Under the pieces are notes generated by a model. The model saw nothing but the letters and a program-made list of their open reading frames with translations, ran no database searches and had not been told where the DNA came from. Below, piece after piece: positions 20,709-36,176 of a stretch of 64,000 bases of DNA (position 1 is the stretch's first letter; each line of letters opens with the position of its first letter). The stretch lies in contig JBEUKZ010000112.1 of assembly GCA_048128005.1 (NCBI GenBank), positions 434,001 to 498,000 of the forward strand, read 5' to 3'. A program made the translations under genes and the position numbers. This stretch comes from Veleropilina oligotropha. Lineage: Eukaryota.

Positions 20709-23700
20709 GATGCCAGTACATGTAGCATCATTTGTACCTTCTCTCACACTACGAGGACGAGGGTAATGACCCCAGTACATGTAGCATCATTTGTACCTTC
20801 TCTCACACTACGAGGGCGAGGGTAATGATGCCAGTACATGTAGCATCATTTGTACCTTCTCTCACACTGCGAGGACGAGGGTAATGATGCCAGTACATGT
20901 AGCATCATTTGTACCTTCTCTCACACTACGAGGGCGAGGGTAATGATGCCAGTACATGTAGCATCATTTGTACCTTCTCTCACACTACGAGGACGAGGTT
21001 AATGATGCCAGTACATGTAGCATCATTTGTACCTTCTCTTACACTACGAGGACGAGGGTAATGACGCCAGTACATGTAGCATCATTTGTACCTTCTCTCA
21101 CACTACGAGGACGAGGGTAATGATGCCAGTACATGTAGCTTCATTTGTACCTTCTCTCACACTACGAGGACGAGGGTAATGACCCCAGTACATGTAGCAT
21201 CATTTGTACCTTCTCTCACACTACGAGGATGAGGGTAATGATGCCAGTACATGTAGCATCATTTGTACCTTCTCTCACACTACGAGGGCGAGGTTAATGA
21301 TGCCAGTACATGTAGCATCATTTGTACCTTCTCTTACACTACGAGGACGAGGGTAATGACGCCAGTACATGTAGCATCATTTGTACCTTCTCTCACACTA
21401 CGAGGACGAGGGTAATGATGCCAGTACATGTAGCTTCATTTGTACCTTCTCTCACACTACGAGGACGAGGGTAATGACCCCAGTACATGTAGCATCATTT
21501 GTACCTTCTCTCACACTACGAGGATGAGGGTAATGATGCCAGTACATGTAGCATCATTTGTACCTTCTCTCACACTACGAGGGCAAGGGTAATGATGCCA
21601 GTACATGTAGCATCATTTGTACCTTCTCTCACACTATGAGGGCCAGGGTAATGATGCCAGTACATGTAGCATCATTTGTACCTTCTCTCACACTACGAGG
21701 GCGAGGGTAATGACCCCAGTACATGTAGCATCATTTGTACCTTCTCTCACACTACAAGGGCGAGGTTAATGATGCCAGTACATGTAGCATCATTTGTACC
21801 TTCTCTCACACTACGAGGGCGAGGGTAATGATGCCAGTACATGTAGCATCATTTGTACCTTCTCTCACACTACGAGGACGAGGTTAATGATGCCAGTACA
21901 TGTAGCATCATTTGTACCTTCTCTTACACTACGAGGACGAGGGTAATGACGCCAGTACATGTAGCATCATTTGTACCTTCTCTCACACTACGAGGACGAG
22001 GGTAATGATGCCAGTACATGTAGCTTCATTTGTACCTTCTCTCACACTACGAGGACGAGGGTAATGACCCCAGTACATGTAGCATCATTTGTACCTTCTC
22101 TCACACTACGAGGATGAGGGTAATGATGCCAGTACATGTAGCATCATTTGTACCTTCTCTCACACTACGAGGGCGAGGTTAATGATGCCAGTACATGTAG
22201 CATCATTTGTACCTTCTCTTACACTACGAGGACGAGGGTAATGACGCCAGTACATGTAGCATCATTTGTACCTTCTCTCACACTACGAGGACGAGGGTAA
22301 TGATGCCAGTACATGTAGCTTCATTTGTACCTTCTCTCACACTACGAGGACGAGGGTAATGACCCCAGTACATGTAGCATCATTTGTACCTTCTCTCACA
22401 CTACGAGGATGAGGGTAATGATGCCAGTACATGTAGCATCATTTGTACCTTCTCTCACACTACGAGGGCAAGGGTAATGATGCCAGTACATGTAGCATCA
22501 TTTGTACCTTCTCTCACACTATGAGGGCCAGGGTAATGATGCCAGTACATGTAGCATCATTTGTACCTTCTCTCACACTACGAGGGCGAGGGTAATGACC
22601 CCAGTACATGTAGCATCATTTGTACCTTCTCTCACACTACAAGGGCGAGGTTAATGATGCCAGTACATGTAGCATCATTTGTACCTTCTCTCACACTACG
22701 AGGGCGAGGGTAATGACCCCAGTACATGTAGCATCATTTGTACCTTCTCTCACACTACGAGGGTGAGGTTAATGATGCCAGTACATGTAGCATCATTTGT
22801 ACCTTCTCTCACACTACGAGGACGAGGGCAATGATGCCAGTACATGTAGCATCATTTGTACCTTCTGTCACACTACGAGGGCGAGGGTAATGACCCCAGT
22901 ACATGTAGCATCATTTGTACCTTCTCTCACACTACGAGGGTGAGGTTAATGACCCCAGTACATGTAGCATCATTTGTACCTTCTCTCACACTACGAGGGC
23001 GAGGGTAATGATGCCAGTACATGTAGCATCATTTGTACCTTCTCTCACACTACGAGGGCGAGGGTAATGACCCCAGTACATGTAGCATCATTTGTACCTT
23101 CTCTCACACTATGAGGGCAAGGGTAATGATGCCAGTACATGTAGCATCATTTGTACCTTCTCTCACACTACAAGGACGAGGGTAATGACCCCAGTACATG
23201 TAGCATCATTTGTACCTTCTCTCACACTACGAGGGCGAGGGTAATGATGCCAGTACATGTAGCATCATTTGTACCTTCTCTCACACTACGAGGGCGAGGG
23301 TAATGATGCCAGTACATGTAGCATCATTTGTACCTTCGCTCACACTACGAGGACGAGGGTAATGACGCCAGTACATGTAGCATCATTTGTACCTTCTCTC
23401 ACACTACAAGGGCGAGGTTAATGATGCCAGTACATGTAGCATCATTTGTACCTTCTCTCACACTACGAGGGCGAGGGTAATGACCCCAGTACATGTAGCA
23501 TCATTTGTACCTTCTCTCACACTACAAGGGCAAGGGTAATGATGCCAGTACATGTAGCATCATTTGTACCTTCTCTCACACTACGAGGGCGAAGGTAATG
23601 ACCCCAGTACATGTAGCATCATTTGTACCTTCTCTCACACTACGAGGGCAAGGGTAATGATGCCAGTACATGTAGCATCATTTGTACCTTCTCTCACACT

Positions 23701-26700
23701 ACGAGGACGAGGGTAATGATGCCAGTACATGTAGCATCATTTGTACCTTCTCTCACACTACGAGGACGAGGGTAATGATGCCAGTACATGTAGCATCATT
23801 TGTACCTTATCTCACACTACGAGGACGAGGGTAATGATGCCAGTACATGTAGCATCATTTGTACCTTCTCTCACACTACGAGGACGAGGGTAATGATGCC
23901 AGTACATGTAGCATCATTTGTACCTTCTCTCACACTACGAGGACGAGGGTAATGATGCCAGTACATGTAGCATCATTTGTACCTTCTCTTACACTACGAG
24001 GACGAGGGTAATGATGCCAGTGCATATAGCATCATTTATACCTTCTCTCACACTACGAGGACGAGGGTAATGATGCCAGTACATGTAGCATCATTTGTAC
24101 CTTCTCTCACACTACGAGGACGAGGGTAATGATGCCAGTACATGTAGCATCATTTGTACCTTCTCTCACACTACGAGGGCAAGGGTAATGATGCCAGTAC
24201 ATGTAGCATCATTTGTACCTTCTCTCACACTACGAGGACGAGGGTAATGATGCCAGTACATGTAGCATCATTTGTACCTTCTCTCACACTACGAGGACGA
24301 GGGTAATGATGCCAGTACATGTAGCATCATTTGTACCTTCTCTCACACTACGAGGACGAGGGTAATGATGCCAGTACATGTAGCATCATTTGTACCTTCT
24401 CTCACACTACGAGGACGAGGGTAATGATGCCAGTACATGTAGCATCATTTGTACCTTCTCTTACACTACGAGGACGAGGGTAATGATGCCAGTACATGTA
24501 GCATCATTTGTACCTTCTCTCACACTACGAGGACGAGGGTAATGATGCCAGTACATGTAGCATCATTTGTACCTTCTCTCACACTACGAGGACGAGGGTA
24601 ATAATGCCAGTACATGTAGCATCATTTGTACCTTCTCTCACACTACGAGGACGAGGGTAATGATGCCAGTACATGTAGCATCATTTGTACCTTCTCTCAC
24701 ACTACGAGGGCGAGGGTAATGACCCCAGTACATGTAGCATCATTTGTACCTTCTCTCACACTACGAGGGTGAGGTTAATGATGCCAGTACATGTAGCATC
24801 ATTTGTACCTTCTCTCACACTACGAGGGCAAGGGTAATGATGCCAGTACATGTAGCATCATTTGTACCTTCTCTCACACTACGAGGACGAGGGCAATGAT
24901 GCCAGTACATGTAGCATCATTTGTACCTTCTCTCACACTACGAGGACGAGGGTAATGACCCCAGTACATGTAGCATCATTTATACCTTCTCTCACACTAC
25001 GAGGGTGAGGTTAATGATGCCAGTACATGTAGCGTCATTTGTACCTTCTCTCACACTACGAGGGCAAGGGTAATGATGCCAGTACATGTAGCATCATTTG
25101 TACCTTCTCTCACACTACGAGGGCCAGGGTAATGACCCCAGTACATGTAGCATCATTTATACCTTCTCTCACACTACGAGGGCGAGGGTAATGATGCCAG
25201 TACATGTAGCATCATTTGTACCTTCTCTCACACTATGAGGGCAAGGGTAATGATGCCAGTACATGTAGCATCATTTGTACCTTCTCTCACACTACGAGGA
25301 CGAGGGTAATGATGCCAGTACATGTAGCATCATTTATACCTTCTCTCACACTACGAGGACGAGGGTAATGATGCCAGTACATGTAGCATCATTTGTACCT
25401 TCTCTCACACTACGAGGGCGAGGGTAATGATGCCAGTACATGTAGCATCATTTGTACCTTCTCTCACACTACGAGGACGAGGGTAATGACCCCAGTACAT
25501 GTAGCATCATTTGTACCTTCTCTCACACTACGAGGACGAGGGTAATGACCCCAGTACATGTAGCATCATTTGTACCTTCTCTCACACTACGAGGGTGAGG
25601 TTAATGATGCCAGTACATGTAGCATCATTTGTACCTTCTCTCACACTACGAGGGCGAGGGTAATGATGCCAGTACATGTAGCATCATTTGTACCTTCTCT
25701 CACACTACGAGGATGAGGGTAATGACCCCAGTACATGTAGCATCATTTGTACCTTCTCTCACACTACGAGGGTGAGGTTAATGATGCCAGTACATGTAGC
25801 ATCATTTGTACCTTCTCTCACACTACGAGGGCGAGGGTAATGATGCCAGTACATGTAGCATCATTTGTACCTTCTCTCACACTACGAGGGCGAGGGTAAT
25901 GATGCCAGTACATGTAGCATCATTTGTACCTTCTCTCACACTACGAGGACGAGGGTAATGACCCCAGTACATGTAGCATCATTTGTACCTTCTCTCACAC
26001 TACGAGGACGAGGGTAATGACCCCAGTACATGTAGCATCATTTGTACCTTCTCTCACACTACGAGGGTGAGGTTAATGATGCCAGTACATGTAGCATCAT
26101 TTGTACCTTCTCTCACACTACGAGGGCAAGGGTAATGATGCCAGTACATGTAGCATCATTTGTACCTTCTCTCACACTACGAGGACGAGGGCAATGATGC
26201 CAGTACATGTAGCATCATTTGTACCTTCTCTCACACTACGAGGACGAGGGTAATGACCCCAGTACATGTAGCATCATTTATACCTTCTCTCACACTACGA
26301 GGGTGAGGTTAATGATGCCAGTACATGTAGCATCATTTGTACCTTCTCTCACACTACGAGGGCAAGGGTAATGATGCCAGTACATGTAGCATCATTTGTA
26401 CCTTCTCTCACACTACGAGGGCGAGGGTAATGATGCCAGTACATGTAGCATCATTTGTACCTTCTCTCACACTACGAGGACGAGGGTAATGACCCCAGTA
26501 CATGTAGCATCATTTGTACCTTCTCTCACACTACGAGGGCAAGGGTAATGACCCCAGTACATGTAGCATCATTTATACCTTCTCTCACACTACGAGGACG
26601 AGGTTAATGATGCCAGTACATGTAGCATCATTTGTACCTTCTCTCACACTACGAGGACGAGGGCAATGATGCCAGTACATGTAGCATCATTTGTACCTTC

Positions 26701-29700
26701 TCTCACACTACGAGGACGAGGGTAATGACCCCAGTACATGTAGCATCATTTATACCTTCTCTCACACTACGAGGACGAGGGTAATGATGCCAGTACATGT
26801 TGCATCATTTGTACCTTCTCTCACACTACGAGGGCAAGGGTAATGATGCCAGCACATGTAGCATCATTTGTACCTTCTCTCACACTACGAGGACGAGGGT
26901 AATGATGCCAGTACATGTAGCATCATTTGTACCTTCTCTCACACTACGAGGACGAGGGTAATGACCCCAGTACATGTAGCATCATTTGTACCTTCTCTCA
27001 CACTATGAGGGCAAGGGTAATGATGCCAGTACATGTAGCATCATTTGTACCTTCTCTCACACTACGAGGACGAGGGCAATGATGCCAGTACATGTAGCAT
27101 CATTTGTACCTTCTCTCACACTACGAGGACGAGGGTAATGACCCCAGTACATGTAGCATCATTTATACCTTCTCTCACACTACGAGGGTGAGGTTAATGA
27201 TGCCAGTACATGTAGCATCATTTGTACCTTCTCTCACACTACGAGGGCAAGGGTAATGATGCCAGTACATGTAGCATCATTTGTACCTTCTCTCACACTA
27301 CGAGGACGAGGGTAATGATGCCAGTACATGTAGCATCATTTGTACCTTCTCTCACACTACGAGGACGAGGGTAATGACCCCAGTACATGTAGCATCATTT
27401 ATACCTTCTCTCACACTACGAGGGTGAGGTTAATGATGCCAGTACATGTAGCATCATTTGTACCTTCTCTCACACTACGAGGGCAAGGGTAATGATGCCA
27501 GTACATGTAGCATCATTTGTACCTTCTCTCACACTATGAGGGCCAGGGTAATGATGCCAGTACATGTAGCATCATTTGTACCTTCTCTCACACTACGAGG
27601 GCGAGGGTAATGATGCCAGTACATGTAGCATCATTTGTACCTTCTCTCACACTACGAGGGCAAGGGTAATGATGCCAGTACATGTAGCATCATTTGTACA
27701 TTCTCTCACACTATGAGGGCCAGGGTAATGATGCCAGTACATGTAGCATCATTTGTACCTTCTCTCATACTACGAGGACGAGGGTAATGACCCCAGCACA
27801 TGTAGCATCATTTGTACCTTCTCTCACACTACGAGGACGAGGTTAATGATGCCAGTACATGTAGCATCATTTGTACCTTCTCTCACACTACGAGGGCGAG
27901 GGTAATGACCCCAGTACATGTAGCATCATTTGTACCTTCTCTCACACTACGAGGACGAGGTTAATGATGCCAGTACATGTAGCATCATTTGTACCTTCTC
28001 TCACACTACGAGGGCCAGGGTAATGACCCCAGTACATATAGCATCATTTGTACCTTCTCTCACACTACGAGGGCGAGGGTAATGATGCCAGTACATGTAG
28101 CATCATTTGTACCTTCTCTCACACTACGAGGATGAGGGTAATGATGCCAGTACATATAGCATCATTTGTACCTTCTCTCACACTACGAGGATGAGGGTAA
28201 TGATGCCAGTACATGTAGCATCATTTGTACCTTCTCTCACACTACGAGGACGAGGGTAATGACCCCAGTACATGTAGCATCATTTATACCTTCTCTCACA
28301 CTACGAGGGTGAGGTTAATGATGCCAGTACATGTAGCATCATTTGTACCTTCTCTCACACTACGAGGGCAAGGGTAATGATGCCAGTACATGTAGCATCA
28401 TTTGTACCTTCTCTCACACTATGAGGGCCAGGGTAATGATGCCAGTACATGTAGCATCATTTGTACCTTCTCTCACACTACGAGGGCGAGGGTAATGATG
28501 CCAGTACATGTAGCATCATTTGTACCTTCTCTCACACTACGAGGGCAAGGGTAATGATGCCAGTACATGTAGCATCATTTGTACATTCTCTCACACTATG
28601 AGGGCCAGGGTAATGATGCCAGTACATGTAGCATCATTTGTACCTTCTCTCACACTACGAGGGCGAGGGTAATGACCCCAGTACATGTAGCATCATTTGT
28701 ACCTTCTCTCACACTACGAGGACGAGGTTAATGATGCCAGTACATGTAGCATCATTTGTACCTTCTCTCACACTACGAGGGCCAGGGTAATGACCCCAGT
28801 ACATATAGCATCATTTGTACCTTCTCTCACACTACGAGGGCGAGGGTAATGATGCCAGTACATGTAGCATCATTTGTACCTTCTCTCACACTACGAGGGC
28901 CAGGGTAATGACCCCAGTACATATAGCATCATTTGTACCTTCTCTCACACTACGAGGGCGAGGTTAATGATGCCAGTACATGTAGCATCATTTGTACCTT
29001 CTCTCACACTACGAGGATGAGGGTAATGATGCCAGTACATATAGCATCATTTGTACCTTCTCTCACACTACGAGGGCGAGGTTAATGATGCCAGTACATG
29101 TAGCATCATTTGTACCTTCTCTCACACTACGAGGACGAGGGTAATGATGCCAGTACATGTAGCATCATTTGTACCTTCTCTCACACTACGAGGACGAGGG
29201 CAATGATGCCAGTACATGTAGCATCATTTGTACCTTCTCTCACACTACGAGGACGAGGGTAATGACCCCAGTACATGTAGCATCATTTATACCTTCTCTC
29301 ACACTACGAGGGTGAGGTTAATGATGCCAGTACATGTAGCATCATTTGTACCTTCTCTCACACTACGAGGGCAAGGGTAATGATGCCAGTACATGTAGCA
29401 TCATTTGTACCTTCTCTCACACTACGAGGACGAGGGTAATGACCCCAGTACATGTAGCATCATTTATACCTTCTCTCACACTACGAGGGTGAGGTTAATG
29501 ATGCCAGTACATGTAGCATCATTTGTACCTTCTCTCACACTACGAGGGCAAGGGTAATGATGCCAGTACATGTAGCATCATTTGTACCTTCTCTCACACT
29601 ACGAGGACGAGGGTAATGATGCCAGTACATGTAGCATCATTTGTACCTTCTCTCACACTACGAGGACGAGGGTAATGACCCCAGTACATGTAGCATCATT

Positions 29701-32700
29701 TGTACCTTCTCTCACACTATGAGGGCAAGGGTAATGATGCCAGTACATGTAGCATCATTTGTACCTTCTCTCACACTACGAGGGCAAGGGTAATGATGCC
29801 AGTACATGTAGCATCATTTGTACCTTCTCTCACACTACGAGGGCATGGGTAATGATGCCAGTACATGTAGCATCATTTGTACCTTCTCTCACACTACGAG
29901 GGCAAGGGTAATGATGCCAGTACATGTAGCATCATTTGTACCTTCTCTCACACTACGAGGGCAAGGGTAATGATGCCAGTACATGTAGCATCATTTGTAC
30001 CTTCTCTCACACTATGAGGGCAAGGGTAATGATGCCAGTACATGTAGCATCATTTGTACCTTCTCTCACACTACGAGGACGAGGGCAATGATGCCAGTAC
30101 ATGTAGCATCATTTGTACCTTCTCTCACACTACGAGGGCGAGGGTAATGACCCCAGTACATGTAGCATCATTTGTACCTTCTCTCACACTACAAGGACGA
30201 GGGTAATGACCCCAGTACATGTAGCATCATTTGTACCTTCTCTCACACTACGAGGGCGAGGGTAATGATGCCAGTACATGTAGCATCATTTGTACCTTCT
30301 CTCACACTACGAGGGCAAGGGTAATGATGCCAGTACATGTAGCATCATTTGTACCTTCTCTCACACTACGAGGACGAGGGTAATGATGCCAGTACATGTA
30401 GCATCATTTGTACCTTCTCTCACACTATGAGGGCAAGGGTAATGATGCCAGTACATGTAGCATCATTTGTACCTTCTCTCACACTACGAGGACGAGGGCA
30501 ATGATGCCAGTACATGTAGCATCATTTGTACCTTCTCTCACACTACGAGGGCGAGGGTAATGACCCCAGTACATGTAGCATCATTTGTACCTTCTCTCAC
30601 ACTACGAGGGCGAGGGTAATGATGCCAGTACATGTAGCATCATTTGTACCTTCTCTCACACTACGAGGGCAAGGGTAATGATGCCAGTACATGTAGCATC
30701 ATTTGTACATTCTCTCACACTATGAGGGCCAGGGTAATGATGCCAGTACATGTAGCATCATTTGTACCTTCTCTCACACTACGAGGGCGAGGGTAATGAC
30801 CCCAGTACATGTAGCATCATTTGTACCTTCTCTCACACTACGAGGACGAGGTTAATGATGCCAGTACATGTAGCATCATTTGTACCTTCTCTCACACTAC
30901 GAGGGCCAGGGTAATGACCCCAGTACATATAGCATCATTTGTACCTTCTCTCACACTACGAGGGCGAGGGTAATGATGCCAGTACATGTAGCATCATTTG
31001 TACCTTCTCTCACACTACGAGGGCCAGGGTAATGACCCCAGTACATATAGCATCATTTGTACCTTCTCTCACACTACGAGGGCGAGGTTAATGATGCCAG
31101 TACATGTAGCATCATTTGTACCTTCTCTCACACTACGAGGATGAGGGTAATGATGCCAGTACATATAGCATCATTTGTACCTTCTCTCACACTACGAGGG
31201 CGAGGTTAATGATGCCAGTACATGTAGCATCATTTGTACCTTCTCTCACACTACGAGGACGAGGGTAATGATGCCAGTACATGTAGCATCATTTGTACCT
31301 TCTCTCACACTACGAGGACGAGGGCAATGATGCCAGTACATGTAGCATCATTTGTACCTTCTCTCACACTACGAGGACGAGGGTAATGACCCCAGTACAT
31401 GTAGCATCATTTATACCTTCTCTCACACTACGAGGGTGAGGTTAATGATGCCAGTACATGTAGCATCATTTGTACCTTCTCTCACACTACGAGGGCAAGG
31501 GTAATGATGCCAGTACATGTAGCATCATTTGTACCTTCTCTCACACTACGAGGACGAGGGTAATGACCCCAGTACATGTAGCATCATTTATACCTTCTCT
31601 CACACTACGAGGGTGAGGTTAATGATGCCAGTACATGTAGCATCATTTGTACCTTCTCTCACACTACGAGGGCAAGGGTAATGATGCCAGTACATGTAGC
31701 ATCATTTGTACCTTCTCTCACACTACGAGGATGAGGGTAATGATGCCAGTACATGTAGCATCATTTGTACCTTCTCTCACACTACGAGGACGAGGGTAAT
31801 GACCCCAGTACATGTAGCATCATTTGTACCTTCTCTCACACTATGAGGGCAAGGGTAATGATGCCAGTACATGTAGCATCATTTGTACCTTCTCTCACAC
31901 TACGAGGGCGAGGGTAATGATGCCAGTACATGTAGCATCATTTGTACCTTCTCTCACACTACGAGGACGAGGGTAATGATGCCAGTACATGTAGCATCAT
32001 TTGTACCTTCTCTCACACTACGAGGGCGAGGGTAATGATGCCAGTACATGTAGCATCATTTGTACCTTCTCTCACACTACGAGGACGAGGGTAATGATGC
32101 CAGTACATGTAGCATCATTTGTACCTTCTCTCACACTACGAGGGCCAGGGTAATGACCCCAGTACATATAGCATCATTTGTACCTTCTCTCACACTACGA
32201 GGGCGAGGGTAATGATGCCAGTACATGTAGCATCATTTGTACCTTCTCTCACACTACGAGGGCGAGGGTAATGATGCCAGTACATGTAGCATCATTTGTA
32301 CCTTCTCTCACACTACGAGGACGAGGGTAATGACCCCAGTACATGTAGCATCATTTGTACCTTCTCTCACACTATGAGGGCAAGGGTAATGATGCCAGTA
32401 CATGTAGCATCATTTGTACCTTCTCTCACACTACGAGGGCCAGGGTAATGACCCCAGTACATATAGCATCATTTGTACCTTCTCTCACACTACGAGGGCG
32501 AGGGTAATGATGCCAGTACATGTAGCATCATTTGTACCTTCTCTCACACTACGAGGGCGAGGGTAATGATGCCAGTACATGTAGCTTCATTTGTACCTTC
32601 TCTCACACTACGAGGGCGAGGGTAATGATGCCAGTACATGTAGCATCATTTGTACCTTCTCTCACACTACGAGGACGAGGGTAATGATGCCAGTACATGT

Positions 32701-32947
32701 AGCATCATTTGTACCTTCTCTCACACTACGAGGACGAGGGTAATGATGCCAGTACATGTAGCATCATTTGTACCTTCTCTCACACTACGAGGGCCAGGGT
32801 AATGACCCCAGTACATATAGCATCATTTGTACCTTCTCTCACACTACGAGGGCGAGGGTAATGATGCCAGTACATGTAGCATCATTTGTACCTTCTCTCA
32901 CACTACGAGGGCGAGGGTAATGATGCCAGTACATGTAGCTTCATTTG
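20677..32947. repeat. 59-bp satellite array, 208 copies
   Basis: Monomer ACCTTCTCTCACACTACGAGG(A/G)CGAGGGTAATGATGCCAGTACATGTAGCATCATTTGT. First unit at 20677, last at 32890 (difference 12213 = 207 x 59). Confidence 0.98.
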
Positions 32948-35290
32948 CGGCACAAGACTATAATTAATCTGCCAAATCATGTACATCAAATCAAAGGCAC
33001 TTCGGAAAACTTAGCTACCATCACAAAACAACAGCAAGCCAATCAATACCATCAGATATTGTCTAGTTGAGCAGACAAGAGGCATGGTAAATGAAATCGA
33101 CCCAAGCATGTTCATGTCCCGGAGATTTATTTCAAAACTGATGAAGGACCATCGAGCATTGCAACAGTCTACCCAAGGGAGATAATTACGATCCATACGA
33201 CCACCTCACTCTCCACTGCACCACAAATGCAGGACAACATGTCAGTGATCTACGACTGCTTCTGCATGTCACTTGATCACCATGTCGATAGTCATGTGAC
33301 TAAGGAGGGCACAAGAAAGTTTCACCCTAGAATCAATTTTTCAGTCGTATTGTAGTTGAAACATAATTTAAATGTGTCCATTTGGAAGAACTGTTAATGG
33401 ATTTTAAACCAATTGATCACTTCTATTACCTTTATGCATTATAATATGCCACGCAGGCAACGCGACTTGAACTCACATCCTAACAACTAGGCCCTGTTGA
33501 GAGTCCGAATTGCCAACCAGTCGGGTGCCGAGGCCACTGTTGCATTGACAAGCTGCTGTTTTGGCAGAGAAGGCTTTAAATAATTAATTCCAGAAAATCA
33601 TGATACCGGTAGATATCTGTTTTCACTATTTAACAATCACATTGTTTACATAATCTCTTTAAAAAAACGGTCATTTCCAATGTCCACTTGTCCGAGGTGA
33701 GAAATGTTACACTTGGATTGAACAGTTTAAACTGTCACGCCAGTAAATAAATTACATTTATACAAAGCAACGGCACGTAGTCCGTTCGCGTATGTTGTGA
33801 GCGGGATCATCTGGAATTCCTCTCCCATTAAATATTTAAGCAAATCATCTTGGGCTCTAGGCTCTGATAAGGGTAAGCCTTCAACATCATAAACAAAGAG
33901 CGATCTGCTGGGTTATTTGAGGAGGAATGTTTGCACTTAAAACAAACAGTGGTTTGCCAATCTCTGACTGGCTGACAATGTATCGCAACAATGGCCATCA
34001 AAGCTTATCTCCCTTTGTAGTGCTAATCTGTGGTGATTCCAAACCACAGACACCCTCCGCCGGTAGCCTTAACGATCGCAGCATCTTAATGCGTAAGCCC
34101 ATTCAGAAACAATTTTATCCCGAATGCCAAAACATTATTTGTCATGACGCAACCCAATGACACGCTATCGAATCGGTTGACGAATCTTCATTTGTTTCTG
34201 TTTTGTCAAAGGTGTCGAAAAACAGTTTTGCATTGTAATCTGTCTTAATGTTTGCTTGCCCTTTGTGCGAGAACAAAACAATGACATTCCATCAGCTGGG
34301 TAACCTTCCTGTATATCGCACATTTTATCACATTATAACTTTGGCCAGTGGCCATCAGCATCTTAAAAGTGTTGGTCGATCGATCAAGAGGTCATCCCTG
34401 ATGCCGAATATAGCCGATTATTAAGGGGCTGTCAATCACTCTTCTGTTCAAGGGATAATAATTATCATATATATCTGAGAGAAATTTATGATGCATGCAC
34501 ACGCAGGTATATATTCACATTCCTGAAGTCTGGATTAAGCTCACAGACAACGATAAATTATGCTTTAATAACTGCACATGTATACATTGAATGCTCACGC
34601 TCGCATATATGGACTATTGACCCATGTGCTCACCTTTATCACAGTAGAAGTATGATGATGCAATGATTACCGACATCACGACATTTTAATATCACATCCA
34701 AATTCGAGGACAATTTTATTAATGTCAAGTGCAATGCTTTGATGCTGGGCTGATGAATTCTTTAGTGTTTACCTACGAAATATTACGACAAAGACACAAG
34801 AACGTAGTGTCGATGATAAAATGAGGGTTTAACAGTGTCATGAGAATGCACATATATTCGTGACTCATAATGGCGATTATTTTGCGCTTATCTAAAATAA
34901 TCACCTCGCCACCCCGTTATCAGCAACGTAACCGAGAATGCGCTTGTTGTATCAAATAATTATTACAATCACGCATTCTCCTCATATCAGCAACTTCAGA
35001 TGCATTTCTGATCTTATCTCACTTGAAATAGTTGCAAAACACATTCTTCGAATCAGAGATCAAGAGTGATTAAATATCTTGCAAACATTCGATAGATAAA
35101 GCAACAATGCATGAATTTAATATGTTATTAGGAGGAATCATAATGACACTAGTATGTCTGAGATGCAGATATATTTACTTGTCATTTATGTATACACTAT
35201 GTACACTATAGCTATTACTTCCATCATCTGAAATCATGAAATATCCGATCATCCACATCTGAAAACAACAGCTGAATGAAATTTATGCCA

Positions 35291-36176
35291 AACTAGATGT
35301 TGTTATTGTCCACAATAACAGGAATGTCTCCCCTGCTTGAAATTCTACTTTTAGCAACAGGTCATGTGACTTTTGACCGCAAATGCAAGTCCAAAGCATC
35401 ATTTCTTCATATGCAACCTGCCTGCTAAATAAGAAACGGTAGTAACTGCCTGGATAACAAAATCACAATCAAATTTCTCAAAAATTCTATTTTTAGCAAC
35501 AGTTCATGTGACCTTTGACCGATTGACCTAAAGCGCAATCCCAAGCATCATTTCCTCATAGACAACCTGCCTGCTAATTAATATGACCAACATTGCTAAA
35601 TATGAACGGTAGTTATCAACAGGGAAGCAAATCGCAATAAAAACTCTAATTTTAGCAACAGGTCATGTGACCTTTAGGCGATTGACCTCAAATGCAATTC
35701 CAAGGGTCTTATCCTGATAGGCAACCTGCCTGCTAAATATGAACATGTTCGCTAAGTATGAACAGTAGTTATCGTCCGGAAAGCAAATCGCAATCGAAAA
35801 TTTAGGAAATTCTATTTTTAGCCACAGGTCATGTGACCTTTGGCGTACCCACCTGAAAATCAATCACAAGCGACCTCTTCTCATAAGCAACCTGTATACC
35901 AAATATGAACAAAATCGCTGAAAGGGAACGGTAGTTATCGTCCAGAAACCAATTCGGAGCCTAAATTCTATTTTTAGTAACAGATCACATGACCTTTCGG
36001 CTTTGGCGCACCGACCTGAAAAGCAATCCCAAACGACCTCTCCTAATAAGCAACCTGTGTACCAAATATGAACAATATCGCTGAAAGGGAACGGTAGTAA
36101 TCGTCTGGAAACCAAAGCGTGACGGACGGACGGTACAAAAACAATATGTCTCCCCACAAGGTAGGGGCGACATAAT
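35291..36176 (-). mobile_element. HINE-like element with internal tandem repeats
   Basis: AACTAG end with TGTTATTGT/ACAATAACA stem; subterminal IR ATGTCTCCCCT / AGGGGCGACAT; repeats containing CAGGTCATGTGACCTT and GCAACCTG; (GACG)n microsatellite at about 36121-36133. Confidence 0.8.

Noticed and set aside
20677..32947. Palindrome-containing regular array as a CRISPR-like locus
   Set aside because: There are no unique spacers and no cas genes; units differ only by a few recurring substitutions.
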